DNA of 64,000 bases, from assembly GCA_973895155.1 (NCBI GenBank), contig OZ316892.1:2235223-2299222 (forward strand), given 5' to 3'. The translations under genes were made by a program, and so were the position numbers. Positions within the stretch are counted from its first letter, which is position 1, and each line of letters opens with the position of its first letter. Origin of the DNA: Marsupella aquatica (lineage: Eukaryota; Plantae; Marchantiophyta). The notes under the pieces were generated by a model. The model made no database searches, was not told the origin of the DNA, and saw only the letters and a program-made list of their open reading frames with translations. Below, piece by piece: positions 31,101 through 45,170 of this stretch.

Positions 31101-32038
31101 TCATCCTCATCGAATTTCTACGTGTTGTGAAACTGTTTTTAGAATTGCCGATTGAGAATTCTTTTATGCCATTAATATAGCAGCACTATGACATCCCAGG
31201 TTGCTCAATGGTCATCGAACTGGCTTTCTCGAAAGGGAGGTTTGAGAAAGTTAACATTGTTCTGCTTGTTTTCAAGACCAGTTTGAACGGTTCAGGCGCA
31301 TATTTCATCATTCAACATACCGAGTGTTGCTTTGTCACCAAGAACGAGAAATGCTAAGCAGCCTATTCCTAGATGAGGTAACCTCTGTTCTGGAATACGC
31401 ACTTCGCCATAATGTTACAGTAAAAACCGCATATAAGCTCACTACGCTATTGCTGATAGGCGAAGAGACGAGGGAGTGTTGGATGCAAGAAGTTGAAAAA
31501 CTAGTGACCTTTTTTGATAGGTTCCGGAACAACTCCTCATAAACTTTGGTAGTTCCCATTTCTTGTGCCCGCTGCTGTTGACTATGCACTTATCAAAGAC
31601 TTGAACTCTTCACGCAGCACTGCTTTAAGCAAAGAGTCAGGATAAGCGGAGCTCGCCCCGGTGAAGAGGAGACATTTGAATTCACTCTTGTTCAGGTATT
31701 TTCTAGTTAACTTTCGAATTGCAGTTGGGGACCGTGTAAGGACTTCTCACTACATTATGGGGAAATGGGTAGCATGCATTTGGAGGAACTAAGTTGAAAT
31801 ATTCATACCTAGTCCAGTCATAGGGTATCTAAGGGTGTGCTGGAAAAGCTTTCAGGTCTTTCGATCCTGTTCTAGAGGAGAGGATATTTACTTTACCCAT
31901 TTCAGAAATCCTGTTAACATGAACTGAGCAATCCTGTCTTGGTGAATACAGAGAGTGGGTGGCAACTGGGATGGCTACTGGCTCACGGATAGTCTTCATC
32001 ATGATGGAAAGGGGATCACGGGAGGCATAGCGTATTAA
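28106..32038 (+). CDS. Conserved uncharacterised plant protein, probably plastid-targeted; 7 exons (28106-28329, 28552-28594, 30675-30767, 30909-30971, 31282-31377, 31618-31695, 31952-32038), 227 aa
   Basis: All GT-AG junctions in frame (684 nt). The spliced peptide ...QLDALQINDQPYPDHGVEVMYRFAGFDPFQRSTYFGPTFDLGQFERFRRIFHHSTYRVLL...VGGNWDGYWLTDSL... resembles a conserved green-lineage family; function unknown to me. Confidence 0.88.
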
Positions 32039-35000
32039 AGCTGTTTTCAGGGATCTTAGAAGAAGACCACCTTGTAAAGAGCACTGTCTATGGTATCGCA
32101 GGTCTCAGGTTCCTTTGACATCTTTGGGCATGTAAATATTTATCTTCAGATGCCGAGGATCTTTGATTCGGTGGCTTCAGAAAGAACTACCAGTAGTCCT
32201 TAGGAAGAGATAACAGGCACAGCAGGAAGGAGAGTTCTCAGAAGACCGAACGGATGATACTCCTGTTTGTTTCCCCACAGCAGTAATTTCACCACTTATG
32301 CCGTGAACTGTCTTTGAATAATTGACTCAAAAAATCTGTCTGGGCCATACAATTCTTTTGTGGTTGTGTTAGAACCGTTCGCAGTATTTCTTTTCAATTG
32401 CTTTAGTGACATCTTAAGAAGTCTCGATTCTATCAAACTTAAAAAAAAACGGGGAAGGTCTAATGTAATGCGTGTAGAAATGCTTGGCTTCATAAAATCA
32501 TAAACGTGTTGCTTATTTTTAATTTGTCTGAAATGTTCGATTTGGTACTTTTCAAATCTCGAGTCCACATTGCGATAAATTTTCCTGATTGTGGTGGTCA
32601 ATTTCCCTAATCACAGTAATCAATAAAATAGTCAATATGTGAATCACTAGTCGATGGAATCCTGATGCCTAGACGACACGTCTAATCTGTCATGACCCCT
32701 GAGGTCGCAGGTTTAGCTCCAGCTGAGGGATTCTTGAAGTCTCTTGACCCGATTCACTCTAATGGGGCCTGAATTTGTTAACAACGCAATGTTTTCACGA
32801 CTTGCAGTTAGGTAACGGAATCTACTCTGCAGGAGCCAGCTGAGCATAATTGGTAGATAACTGGGATCTATCAAATTTTAAGATGCTCCAGTGACTCCAG
32901 CAAATACCTTCAACAAAAGCTCGTATGCGTGAAATGGCAGTACCCAAGTTGAGCGGACAAAAGTATTGCAACTCCGTGCGTGCTGGACTTTTGACCGTCG
33001 AGGAAGCTTACATTTCTCTGAAGATGACCAATTGCACTAAAGTTTGTCTGTGGGAACGAAGCAACGAACCGACGGTAAAAATGAAAGACGCAACATGTAC
33101 GTGTCAGAATCGTTTTTTGTCGGATTCTTATCTGTTACGTCTGCTGGTGGTTTACGTTGGATACGGTTAGCTGTAGGAGTTCTGATGGCGACTAACCGAG
33201 AAAACTGTCGGAGTCATTGTTAAGTGGTTCATTGGCATTCAAATAGAACTGTCAATGAGTTCTCTGCCTCGACTGTATCTAAGTTCAAACACTGAATCAA
33301 ACACTGAGTATTATGTTTGAAAGCAACGTCATGATAGCAATCTAGGCTCCTTTTGTATCCACAGCGAAGTCTCAAATTTTTTGTGAGTTTGCAGGATAAT
33401 GTTATGGAGGTCGAGAATTTCAAGGTTTATATAAGTGCAGTTGGTCAGCTAAATCTAAAGTGATGTTAGACTTCAACGCATGTCCGTCAGACCTGACGCA
33501 ATTCCTGGTTTGTGGGCTTCGAAGACGTATAAAGTCGAACTTTATAATATTCTGGTACGGCGTTTCCAGAAGTGTAGTGATGAAATTACATGATATGATG
33601 AAAAAGGGTGATTCCAGGGACATGGTGGTCTGTCCTATGCTTAAATACCCGTTGGCAACTTGGAAAGCCAGAAGCGAGAAAATATGGCAACTCAATGACG
33701 GGTCTAGAGCCGCGATCAAAGTTTGTTACGATGCACCTCAAACAGGCATACTCTAATCAGATTTTGAAGATCAGCCGAGGAATTTTTAAAGAGTGTAGCT
33801 GTTAGACGATTTCATGCTGAATTTGGCTGTGAAGTTGTTCCAAGTTTGAGCATGAAAATGGAGGCCCCCCCTCACACTTCCGAGACTCCAGTAATTGCAG
33901 CTCTCGATTCCTCAGGGATGAGAAAGGAGCTTACGCATACTCTGTCCTGCCATGGTCTTCTTCAGTTGGGCTTGCCTTGTCTCGACGTCGATCAGTTTAT
34001 CTCCTCCAGTGACAGGGTTTTCGACCGACTGACCTCGCGTTTCTCAAGTCACATCCTACTCCTCTGATGTGACCTTCCTGGGGTTTCATCTCTTGGACAC
34101 TACTTGGAGAGAGAGAGAGAACACTGGGCAAACCGGAGAGGGGTTAAGTCTGAGGGGTGAGTTGGTTTGAATCAGGTGAGTTGGTTTGAATCTGAACGTA
34201 GCCACTGCTTCCTTGCCCATCGAAGGCAAAACTTATAACGAGTCATTGTTGTATTCTGTTGTAATGTGGATTTGGGAACGACTATTGTCCCATTACCGAC
34301 TGTTTCCCTTTTATCTTTCCTAATAAAAATAACGTTTGTGTAATCAATTTTACAAACCTTCTCAATCTACAGCGGCCTTCACATATTTACACCCATATCC
34401 TCATTCAAGCTGGAGATTAGTCCGAAAAGGGATTATTGAACTTGTAAGCATTTTGGCAAGTACCTATCATTCGGTAGCTTAAAAGTCATCTCAGCTAAAC
34501 AATCGAACAATCATAAATTCATCTGGTGCACCACATGCAGCCACAGGTCTGTCCCAGTAAAGTTTTTCTTCTTTCATGTACCTACAGTTAGAGGAATTGA
34601 ATAGCAGAGGTCACTTCGTCCGTAGATTACATTAGTTGCTGAATCAAAAGTACTTCTGCAGGTTAAGAGTTTCCACATAAGAGTGGTATTTGTCCAGGAT
34701 GCAAACAACACTCGAGCCTACTAAATTCTCGAAGGCCTCCCACGTAAGAGGGTCTGCCTAACTTGGACACCCCTCAGTGAGTTTGTTAGCTGCTGCTCCA
34801 CTCCTGTAGCGAGCTCATCCTATATCGATTTGGAATTTAAATTAGATACGCAGAGATCCCTGTTTCCGCTCATGCAGGATTGGTGGTCGGAGCTTTGAAG
34901 ACCTGGGGGTTATACTAGTAGTTATGCTTACGGACAGAAAAAAATTTGGACTGCCAAATTCATAGTCCACATCTATTTGTCTTATTATAGATTGGTCATA

Positions 35001-36900
35001 TGCCATGTCCATAAGTCATTGTAGGGACTAGTAAAAAAAACTACCCTGTGAAAAAGCTATGGCCATTTGCCTACTGCCAAAAACCATCATCTGCAACTTT
35101 GAAGCTTTGAGACGCCTTAAAGGCTAATTGGGCAATGCAAGTCAGTGGGCAAGTCCGCTCTGGTCTTTGGGGCAATTGTCGTCCTCTGCTAGATGTGCGG
35201 AGAGGAGAGGAGAGATTATGAACTTACAGATAAAGCGGACAGTTTCATAACTGGCAACAAAGGTTTCAAACAGTCGCTGCAGCTTCCTGTCTTATCTTCG
35301 GTATGGTCTTTCAGTGTCTGCACTGCAGCGCGCTGTAGTAGGTGAAACCTTTCGAAGTGTAAGCAGAACCTTCGTAGCGGTGTGAGGAGATACCTGGGAT
35401 AGGCCCACGTACGGAGCTTTCGTCTCAGCAGGGTTGGGTCCACGAAGGGAGATCACCACAGTGTTGTGGGCCACCACAGAGCACTCGCCCTAATCAACAG
35501 GGTACGACAGGGAACATTGAAAGGAAATTGGCAGACCGTACGGTGTCGTATTAGCTGCCGCGGTGGTAGTAAGCTTTAACAGGACCCGAGGCCTGGCCAT
35601 GCATCTCACCGCACCAACACTCCTGAGAGATGCGCAATCTTTTGGCCCTGACTACACCGCCATGCATGCATCAAGGGTGACCAACTGAGCTCTTAGTGAT
35701 GAGTACACCCAGGATGCAATGGCAAGATTGTGAGCAACTCAGTCACGGCCAAATGGACAAGCGAAGTGGGTGTCAATAGTACATGCTGGGAATTGTGAGG
35801 TGTAACTGGTCATCGCATGCACTAGAGCATGTATTGACCGGAACTCAACGCAGGAATTTTCACATCTAGGGAGCTGACAACGGTTGTCAATATTCGATGC
35901 AAGAGTTGTACTACAGTGAAGTGAAGTAAGGCTCTTGTGGAGGACGAGGTGCCATTGAAACTTTTCGTCTCGAAACTTTCCTGGAAGCAAAAGGATCGCG
36001 AAAGCTGAAAAAGGGAAAATCGCTCGCCATCCGTCTGCATCCGACCTACATAAATTATTGAATTTCACCATGTGGGACCAGATATCGCCACTATTATTGA
36101 ATGGATAATAAATAATGGGAGCTTTGTCTTACCCGGAAAGATGTCAGGTTCGTATTCTGATTCTGAAGCGATGCAACACTGAGGGTATGGCGACTACCTC
36201 TGTCAAATCCGAATAGGGCGTAACGGAGGACTTAGGAGGGTTTATCGATAGGCACTACAAGCGACTCCGAGAATGAAAGGCGTGCCCAAACTATCGGAGT
36301 CCCTACTCACCTCTCGTTCAGTGATGCTACCAAACGTCGACATAGGCATGCATGCCGTCAGTCCGTCTTACTTTACCAGAAAGAATTCGTCCCTCCACTA
36401 GCTTCCATTCCCATTCGCGTGGTCCCCGAATGAGGTCCAAATTGTCATATAGCCATTTTACAATTGAATGTGTTGACCCGACGAAAATAAAATTCCGAAC
36501 AAATGACGAACTCCAAGAGTTCATCCGAGAGTTGTCGACGGTATCATCGCAGTTCGTTGCGTGATGCAATCATCCATGACTGCATCAGATGCACGAGAGC
36601 GAGAGTGGCCGATCACTAAGCCTTACACAGATCCTTTGAGAGAGAAGAGGAGCTATTCAAAAGGACGATCGGCGCAGCAACAGAGCTTCACTTGGTGACA
36701 GGAGATAGGACGGGGAGTTGTTCATTATGCCACACTACAATAGGAACGTTAGAGTGAGCTTCAATTGATGGATTAAGTGTTTGAGACGGGAATAGCAATT
36801 AAAGGAGTGTTCATTGAAGCGAAGTTCGTTTGAGGTTTCTGTGCAACGGCACTGTGGTCCTGACTAGCGATGACTGTCACGGAGACAACATAGCGTAAGC

Positions 36901-39608
36901 ATGGAGAGGGGCAGACAGATATTGACACACCTTGTGCTTCGCTCTGTCACAGTCACTCTGTTTGCGCTCTTTTGTTGCTCGAATGTCAGTTTCGCGCAAA
37001 CCAGCATTGTCTCGCCACCGCTTCGTCAGCACAGAAGTTGGATCGTGGGCCATACAGGACTCAACGTGAACGCTAGTCAATCTGTGGTGCCTGGATGCAC
37101 AGATTTGTGCCTTAACGCTCTCAGTCCCAGTTACCACGAGACGCTCGTTGGCCTGTCTGTTCAGTTGTATCCTTGTCAAGACAGTGACAACTCTTTGTTT
37201 CAGTATGATGAAGTCTCCAAGGCGATTACAATGTGGGATCCAATGTTCAATGTCAATCGCTGCCTAGATCCTGGCCAGTATCCCTCAACTGCGAGTTACT
37301 CCCTCTTGACATTGCAAGAGTGCAGCAACAATGCTAGTAACCAGCAATGGACTTTTCAAGCCGATGGTCAAATTAGATCCGGCCTCGTGAATTCTTCTTC
37401 TGCTTCATTCCGTAGTCAGCCTCTTTACATGCGAGGCATTAGTCGTCAACCTGAAGACTTGGGTACAGGAAGGAACACCTTTGGCTTGTACCTTAGCACA
37501 GGAGGACATCTAGATGCAATCTCGTCATTCAGTTTGCTCGCCTATGCTTCTCCTTCTCCTTCTGTTGTCTCGGAGGCCTCCTTGGTTGCACAACCTTCAA
37601 ATGGCAACGCGGGCGTGATCATGAATGGTGATTTTGAGAGCTGCGGATACGATGAGGGTCGAAGTAGTGTTGCGGACTTCAGAAGCAGTACTTGGTGGTT
37701 CATTATATGCTATTGGACAATTAGTAGCGGCTCAGTACAATTGATCAGTTCTGGCCTCTGGCAGGATGATGCGAAGGGCGCCAATGCTACGCTGCAACGG
37801 GCGTTGCATTTGAATGGCAACTATGGACCTGGTGCAGTAACTCAAATAATTTCCGCAACTGCGGGATCGCATTACTCCCTGTCTTTCGACCTTGCAGGTG
37901 ACGTGACAGGTTGGTGTGGATCGACTAAAAAAACGTTGAATGTTTCTATAGCTCCTTCAAGCCTTCCTCTTACCTCCTTGTCCTTCGACTTGTCTGCCAA
38001 GACCACAGGAGCCTTGGGATGGATGTCACCACCTCCGCTGAATTTTACAGCGTATGGAACTTCCGTCAACTTCACTTTTCAGAGCACTACAGATGGAAAC
38101 TGTGGACCTCTCATCGACAACGTCTCAATACGAAAGTATCCGAATACAAGTCCTGGTGAGAATAATTCGGCAACTGATTCAATTCTTTTGAAAGTGCTGA
38201 CGGCGACGATCTCGGTTGTGGCAATAGGTGTGCTTATTCCCACACTATTCTGCTGTTATTTAATCTGGAGAAAAAGGCATCGAGGTGATTTTGAGATGCA
38301 TTTCGAGAAGGGGATACGCTGTCAACCGGAAACGGATATCGAGAACAAAGGTTTCAAGGGTAGAAGTGAATCGTTCTCCTTCACGTATGGAACGCAATAT
38401 TCATGGGACGAATTGGAGAAGGCGACGAGCAATTTCGGCAAAGTACTGGGCAACGGACGTTCGGGCTTGATATTCTTGGCCGAATTTCCGGACGGGTTAC
38501 TTGGAGCCGTGAAGATGGATACTCACCAAAGACAGTGGACGTCTGACGACGCGTTCAAGCAGGAAGTTGCGATCCTGTACCGCCTTCACCATGCTTATCT
38601 CGTCAGCTTCATAGGTGTATGCGTTGGACGAGGTACTGGAAGCCGCTCCTGATCCTCAATAATCCTAATAAACTTTGATGAGTTCAGTCTCTGAATTTCA
38701 ATTTGTTGGCGAAGTCTGGCGTTTGAGGTCGACCTCCTGTATATACCAATTTCTAGTCACCTTAGTGAGGCATGTATAATCTTCTCCTTGTTAAGCGGTG
38801 ACTTGAAGATTAGATAATGAAGGATGCAGATCTAGCAGAATTGTGTTTTATAGATGATATTTGAATTTGATTTTAGTTCCGTGAGATTGGCTGCCTTTCA
38901 CTAACTTTCGCGCTACCTACGATTGCATCAGCAGGGAGTCGACGTGCTCTGGTCTTCGAATACATGCCTAACGGCAATTTGTCTGATCGCCTCCACAACC
39001 TGCAAGATCGCGAGCCGCTGTCGTGGCAAACCCGGATGGTAATTGCGTATCAGGTGGCCTGTGCTCTAGAGTATCTCCACGAAGAAGCAAGTCCTTCTAT
39101 CGTCCACCGCGATGTGCAAGCGTCCAACGTTCTGCTCCAAAGAGATGATTCAGCGAAGCTTGCAGCGTTCGATGTGTACAGGACAGGGCGGTGCTCAATA
39201 ATGTCGTCTCACTCGTCTGTTGATCTCACGAGCGACGCTTCGATGAGAAAAGGCTCAATGTCATCCGGATATCTGGATCCTGCGTACCATAGATCAAGTC
39301 GTGTATCAAAGAAGAGCGACGTCTACAGCTATGGCGCACTTCTTCTAGAGATCATCACTGGACTTCCAGCAGCGCAGTTCGACTCGAAATCATTCGGTGC
39401 TGCAAACTTAGACTCGAAATTGACAGAAGAACTGATCAGCATCGTCGATCCCAAGCTAATGGGAAAGTTCAATGAAAACGAATTGAACGAGGTCATCGAC
39501 ATTGCTGTTAAGTGTCTGATGCCAGAAGCAAAGTCGCGGCCGTCCATGTCCGACGTGGTCGTCATGCTGAAAATAGTATTCTCTTCGAGTCGACCCCTTC
39601 AATGGTGA
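36901..39608 (+). CDS. Receptor-like (pseudo)kinase: signal peptide, ricin-B-like lectin, DUF642-like carbohydrate-binding domain, TM helix, RLK/Pelle kinase; exons 36901-38632 and 38935-39608, 801 aa
   Basis: Hydrophobic N-terminus. NRCLDP and NQQWTFQADGQIRS (QxW). NGDFE...YSLSFDLAG...CGPLIDNVSI. TM segment TISVVAIGVLIPTLFCCYLIW followed by RKRHR. Kinase motifs GNGRSG, AVK, LVFEYMPNG, HRD, KSDVYSYG and RPSM. Confidence 0.9.
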
Positions 39609-40551
39609 AACAAATATTGGTGACCGTCTCATAGCATTGTTGCAGCGGAATGTCAATTGTATTGAGGGCGAGCCTTTTCAGGTGGGTTTCAGAAGTCCGG
39701 CATTTAAGGTGATACGCCGTACTAATACAATTACTGAGAACCGGAGTGCAGATCGATTGCTCTGTTCAGCCGAGATGAAGCAGTTCAGCTAACGACTGAA
39801 AACGTTGTAATTCTACTCGCTTCCTCATTTGGCACGCCATTTGAATGCATAAAGTGCCAAATCAATTGTACATTAATCAATATGAGTTCTTCAGGTTATG
39901 AGATGCCTCTTTTTCAATCATACCTTGGTGATTTCCAATCGAGATAGTAGATGTACTTAAACTTAGAAGTGAAGGCAGAAGCCTAGAGCTAAAAAGACGC
40001 AGGCTGTGACCAGTACTGCGTTCGGATCTTTCGAGTCAGCAGTATCTCTTGCAAGATCTTGGTACCGAACTTTCTAAGTCAGTGACGCAATTGCTGAAGC
40101 TATAATATGACTCCAAACTGACTCTGTGTCAAAGCAGCAACAACTGGTTCCGCTGGTCTAGAGAGATTTGGCACTTAAGAGGGGGCCCATTCAGGTATGG
40201 TGTCTAGGATCCTACATGGCAGTCAGTGGGCCCAAATATGTGCTTATTTGTCTAGAATTTTAAATCATCCCAAGAGGTGCTCCAAACTTTGTCTCCTTCC
40301 TTCCAAGGGATTTACATTTATCTAATTTCATTTCAATTTTTTTTGTTGGTTGAGTCTATCTATGAAACAAGGCGTCACAACTGCCCTCCATTCCCTGTGA
40401 GCTTTGGTGGAAAAAAGTGTCAAGTGCCCTCGATTTTGTAAAGCCACCCTAGTATGATGATTTATGGGACTCATGATGATAACACCGGGTCACATATGAT
40501 GAACTTACAATTGGCTCGAGCGATTAATCAACTGTAAAAATAGTGCTCTTG

Positions 40552-40704
40552 CTCCCGCTTATCGGCTGACAAAAAGCATTCCATCTCATTTCTCGTGCAG
40601 CTATTACTCTCCAGCGATGAATCATCTGTCAAAGTAGTGTTAGGTTTCTCCCGCTTATCGTCTGACAAAAAACATCCCATCTCATTAGTCGTGCAGCTAC
40701 TAAC
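40552..40704. repeat. ~56-bp direct duplication
   Basis: ctcccgcttatcg(g/t)ctgacaaaaa...ccatctcatt...tcgtgcagcta at ~40552 and ~40648. Confidence 0.85.
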
Positions 40705-41689
40705 CTACTTCTCAGTCTAGCATTCATGGCTGCATGGCATAGATTCTCTTACTTCGCAATCATGCGCTTTCATGCTCTCGTCAGGTACTTCTCATATCGA
40801 AGACCAAAAGTGTTCTTGAATAGATAAACGTTTCACGTAAGGCTTGTTTCTTGTACCCCGACGACTTGCGAATTCGATGCGTTGTTGGGGCCAACACTGA
40901 ATGTTTCCCAGCTCTCTTCGTACCGTGTGCGCGGTTTCACCCCGCAACCATTCCATGTCCGAAACTGGAATGAGAGTCCGACATTCTGCATTTGATATCC
41001 TCGATATTTGACATGCAGTTGTGAGGCCCCGCTAAACCGCTAAACTGCATACATAGTTTCAGAACCGAGTATAATAACAGAATGCACCTTCATAATAGTA
41101 CGATTGATGGCCTATTTTACGGCAAATGAAGCACCACATTGTGACATTTCAGACAAATTGGATCCGGCTTTCCACGCAATTGCCGTCAAGTTTTGCTGCA
41201 AGGCCTTGCCAGATCGAACAGACGGAGTAGAAAGCAAAGCTTCGGGGCTGCTTCGCCGTCCACGAGATGGGATCACGTTTGGCAAGTGCAGAATCACTTA
41301 CCGCGCCCTTATTTCAGTGGAACAGAGAGCATGCAGAATAGTACGACCCCGAAAGGCTGCTTCCAATGTGACCACATTGCACGGAATGTGTGGCAGCTTT
41401 TGGTGTTGCTTCGTCAGTTCGTCGGCCTTGTTCTGAGCACGAAAGTTTTTGGCAGCTCGTCTGCTTAAAGGCTTCTTCTCAATTAATAATGCCCGACACG
41501 GGAGGTAACGACCTCAGCCTTCTCTTGAGCCTAAAACTACCGTAGTCACATTTCCCTCTGCCTTATCTTGAGCTTAAAACTAGTCACATTTCATTTTAAC
41601 TCAAGTTGTTCCAATTGAAGTACAGTAGTGAATGTTTTTTTTTGTATGTCTATAAATGGTTATGAGCCATTCTCTCTTTGTAAAGGGAA

Positions 41690-44600
41690 TGACTGGTCTG
41701 GGGTTGTTATTGCTAGTCTGTGGCCAGAAGTGAGGAAATGTTGACCAGCCATGGCCGGGAAGTTTTTCTGAGCTTTGTGAGACGAGGTTTCAGACTAGAA
41801 CCCCAGCCCAAACATTCATTATCATATGTTATACTTGCCCAGAAAAAAAAGATTACCTGGTAAGACTTTCTCACAGGGTTATGGAAATGATAGCATGTAC
41901 CTAGTAGAAAAGGTTACACACCTGTAACCTTTCTTCCTGACAGGAATTACATATGTCATACATGGTTATGAGGCATTCTCTCTTTTCCCCTGATCACACT
42001 GGAACCCTTTGGCCTGCAATAAGGTGCAAGTGATAGGGAGTGACACATGACATTTGCAAAGTGAAAATGAAGTGAATGGTTCATGCACTTGGGGATGGGT
42101 TACCCTACAGAATACCACTGTTTTTGAATTTCCTAACACACCATGATTTTGGACTTCGATTATGACTTCATCAACGCGGTTTTGCATATGGACAACAAGT
42201 TCACCAATCTAACCAGAGTCATTCTATATGAAAGTCATGATATAGTTTTATAAATACAAAAAGACCAGTGACAATATTTTTAAATTGGAACATCTTTAGT
42301 GGCCATGTAACTTAAAAATGTTCACACAAAAATTCATGCTCTGGCTAGTACGGTGTCTCAAACCTGCACATTCCCAAGAATTTAAGTGCAGCCCTTGATG
42401 GAAAGTATCGTCATGACCAAAACTGGAATTTTGGTCAAATTCATCCTGTCCAAGTTTCAGTTTGAGACGAGACACACCAAGTGCCCACAGAAAAATGCAC
42501 ATCGTGGCCAACACATTTCAGACAGTGAGCCCTTGTGCAGACTCTGGCGCACTAACAACCCAACTAACTTGCTAATGGTCGTGTTTGGCGAAAACTGCAG
42601 ATTTTTTGTCTGTGACCTGGCCCACAACAGTTTGATGATAGGAAACCTATAGGGAACAGCTAGTTTGAGACACCCCTAGTGGATCACAATGTGCAAGCAT
42701 GCAACTAGGATGGGCGTTGGGACTTTTAAGATCCTGATCAATCATACAAAAGAATAATATTATTTGAGTTCAAAATAATGCTTGAAAACAATATCCTGAT
42801 GGAATGGTGGTCCATCCGAATTGTTTGTGAAACATGCTTGCTTATCCCTCCAAGCTTCTTTATCTAATAACCTGCTGGTCCTGGGGCTCTAGGGCTAGTG
42901 GATATCTTTTATTGCCTTTTACTTGTGAGCAAAAAGCATGCATTCACAACAAAAGAAAAACTAGCTCCCCTATGCTTGAAAGATATTTGTCACAAAGTTG
43001 ATACCAGGATGGACCACCATATTTTGACCTTGCGACTAAATGGACCAAACAACTTTGGACACAAAACATGTGACCATTCATATCAAGAAAAAAATTACTA
43101 TTTAAATAAAAAATAATGTTTTGACGGGACCGTCCATGATTCTGGGTTCTTTGCCAAATGTGGTGGTCCATCTGGGCTGCAATCTCTTTATCACCTTTCC
43201 TCCTTGAAAATTAACCAAAAGTAGCTAGATCGGGTTTCTGTGTTATATAAGTTGGAAGTCAAAAGACACCCATTATGCTGAAGAAGGGGCCAAAAAAGTT
43301 GTATGAAGAGCAAAGAACTAAACCAAACACATAATTAAAACTTCTCACACAAACTAACCACAACCAAAGGACGCAATAAATGTATCTTGATTTCTAATAT
43401 ATGTTGTGAAGGTACTTCAAGAGGGTGAGCAACTGACGTGTCATTGTGATGCCTGCTGCTGCAAATCAACAATGGATAGCATGTCGAGGCGTTGTATGGC
43501 TACTGAGATCCTTTGACCAAATTTGGTAGTTAGTGCAGCTGATGATTAAACATATGAATGAGTACTAAGGCAATAAAATGCATGATTGAAGGAAGAGAAA
43601 TGCATGATCAAGGGGCAAGAAATATAGCTTCAAAAGAAAAGTAATGTAGGATGGAAGGAAAAGAAACGTAGGACAACAAAGCCAACAAACCAGATGATTA
43701 TACCTTTTTTGCTATGCTTGCATTTATTAGCTTGTACAGTATAGGGTTCAGCTTGGGACTTTCAAAAAGTCATATCAAATATTTGTGATTCATCTAAGTT
43801 TTATAATCTGGGGACCAAAATTGGTCGCTTAAAAGCTTCAATCTCTTTACTAGAATTTTGACTCCCTCAAATTTTGGGTTAGGATGCGAGGCTCAGAACC
43901 ACGGTGACAAAGGGGCCATTGGGTTCAAACTCATATACAAAGAGGTTGTGTGTTTAGAGCTAGTGGTACACTTCCAAAGTTTCCAGCCAGTTTTGGTTCA
44001 AAGTTGCACAAAATTACATTCCAAGGAAATATCAGTCTACGGATAAATTTATTTGTGTAAAGAGGAATCACCTCTAATTCATATTAATACTGAAATTGAA
44101 GTGAATGTGATTGTTGGTAAGGCAAGTCACCAAAGGTTGGCAATGAAAGGAGCCATGGTCCGCACATGACCCAATGCAGCCATGAAATCAACACTGTGAG
44201 AGATGAGTTCCATTCATGACAGTTCACATCAGCCAGAAGCACGATCAATTTGAGGTGATGAAAGTCCATGATTTCCCCTATTTGCCTTTACAGCACTACT
44301 AAACCTGGATCCACCAGGCTTCACCATTTTTAGTACCTTTTTCCTGAAATTTTAGTACCTTTTTCCTGAAATTGTGGAACAAAGTCTCACACTAGAGGAG
44401 AATAATACAAAAAAGTGAGAAGTCTTGAACAATTCTCCAATTATATGGCCAGTGGTGGTTTACCAGAAACAAATTTGCCCGGAACCCTGAGCCTCACTGG
44501 GGCTGAACCCAAGGGGTGGCACACTCACTGATCGCCCGGCACACTCACTGATCGCCCGGCAGACGGGTGTATGCTTCAAAGTTGTGCCACTTTGTGAAGG

Positions 44601-45170
44601 TGAGTGTGCTTTGAAGCTGAAGCCTCTTGTGGAAACACCTTGGGGAATTTGACTTCCCATTCATTCCATGCTTCAGTTTCTGTAATTAAAGGTCTGTGGG
44701 CCATAACTAGATCACTATTCCTTAAATGATAAGGGGTGACACTTAGGCAATGTGGCATAGGCATATTTGGGATTCTCAAACCAGCTTCTGTGTGGAGGTT
44801 TTACACAATCAAAATGCTGTGAGCCTGGTCTCGTGTCAAAAATCTGTGATCCCCCAAAAATGCTACTGCCACCTACTTGGGCCCTTGGTGCGCCGTCATC
44901 TCATACCAAGAATTGGTCAGCACGAACAAATGAGCAGCCATCAGATAAACCACCAATTCAAAAATCCAACTATGATGAGTTAACCCACTGGCAGTTGTTC
45001 TGTCCCATCTCAAAACCAGAACTCCCTGAGTTGAGTTTTGATCAGGGTAGTGGACATACAATTCCCACAAAAACTGACCCCCAAAAACAGGAAACAACTT
45101 ATTTTACACGCCCACGCCCTTTCAGTTTTGGCAGGCTGGTTGAAAAGACTCGTCTATTCAATGTAGGGTT
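41690..45170. mobile_element. CpG-poor, non-coding, probably TE-derived block
   Basis: No credible exons. The motif ggtggtccat recurs on both strands (~42808, 43010, 43163; also 57606). Small perfect tandem duplications at ~44325-44372 and ~44518-44561. Confidence 0.4.

Noticed and set aside
33200-36100. Short ORFs and a possible miRNA precursor between genes
   Set aside because: No recognisable protein motif, conserved plant miRNA sequence or convincing hairpin seen by eye.
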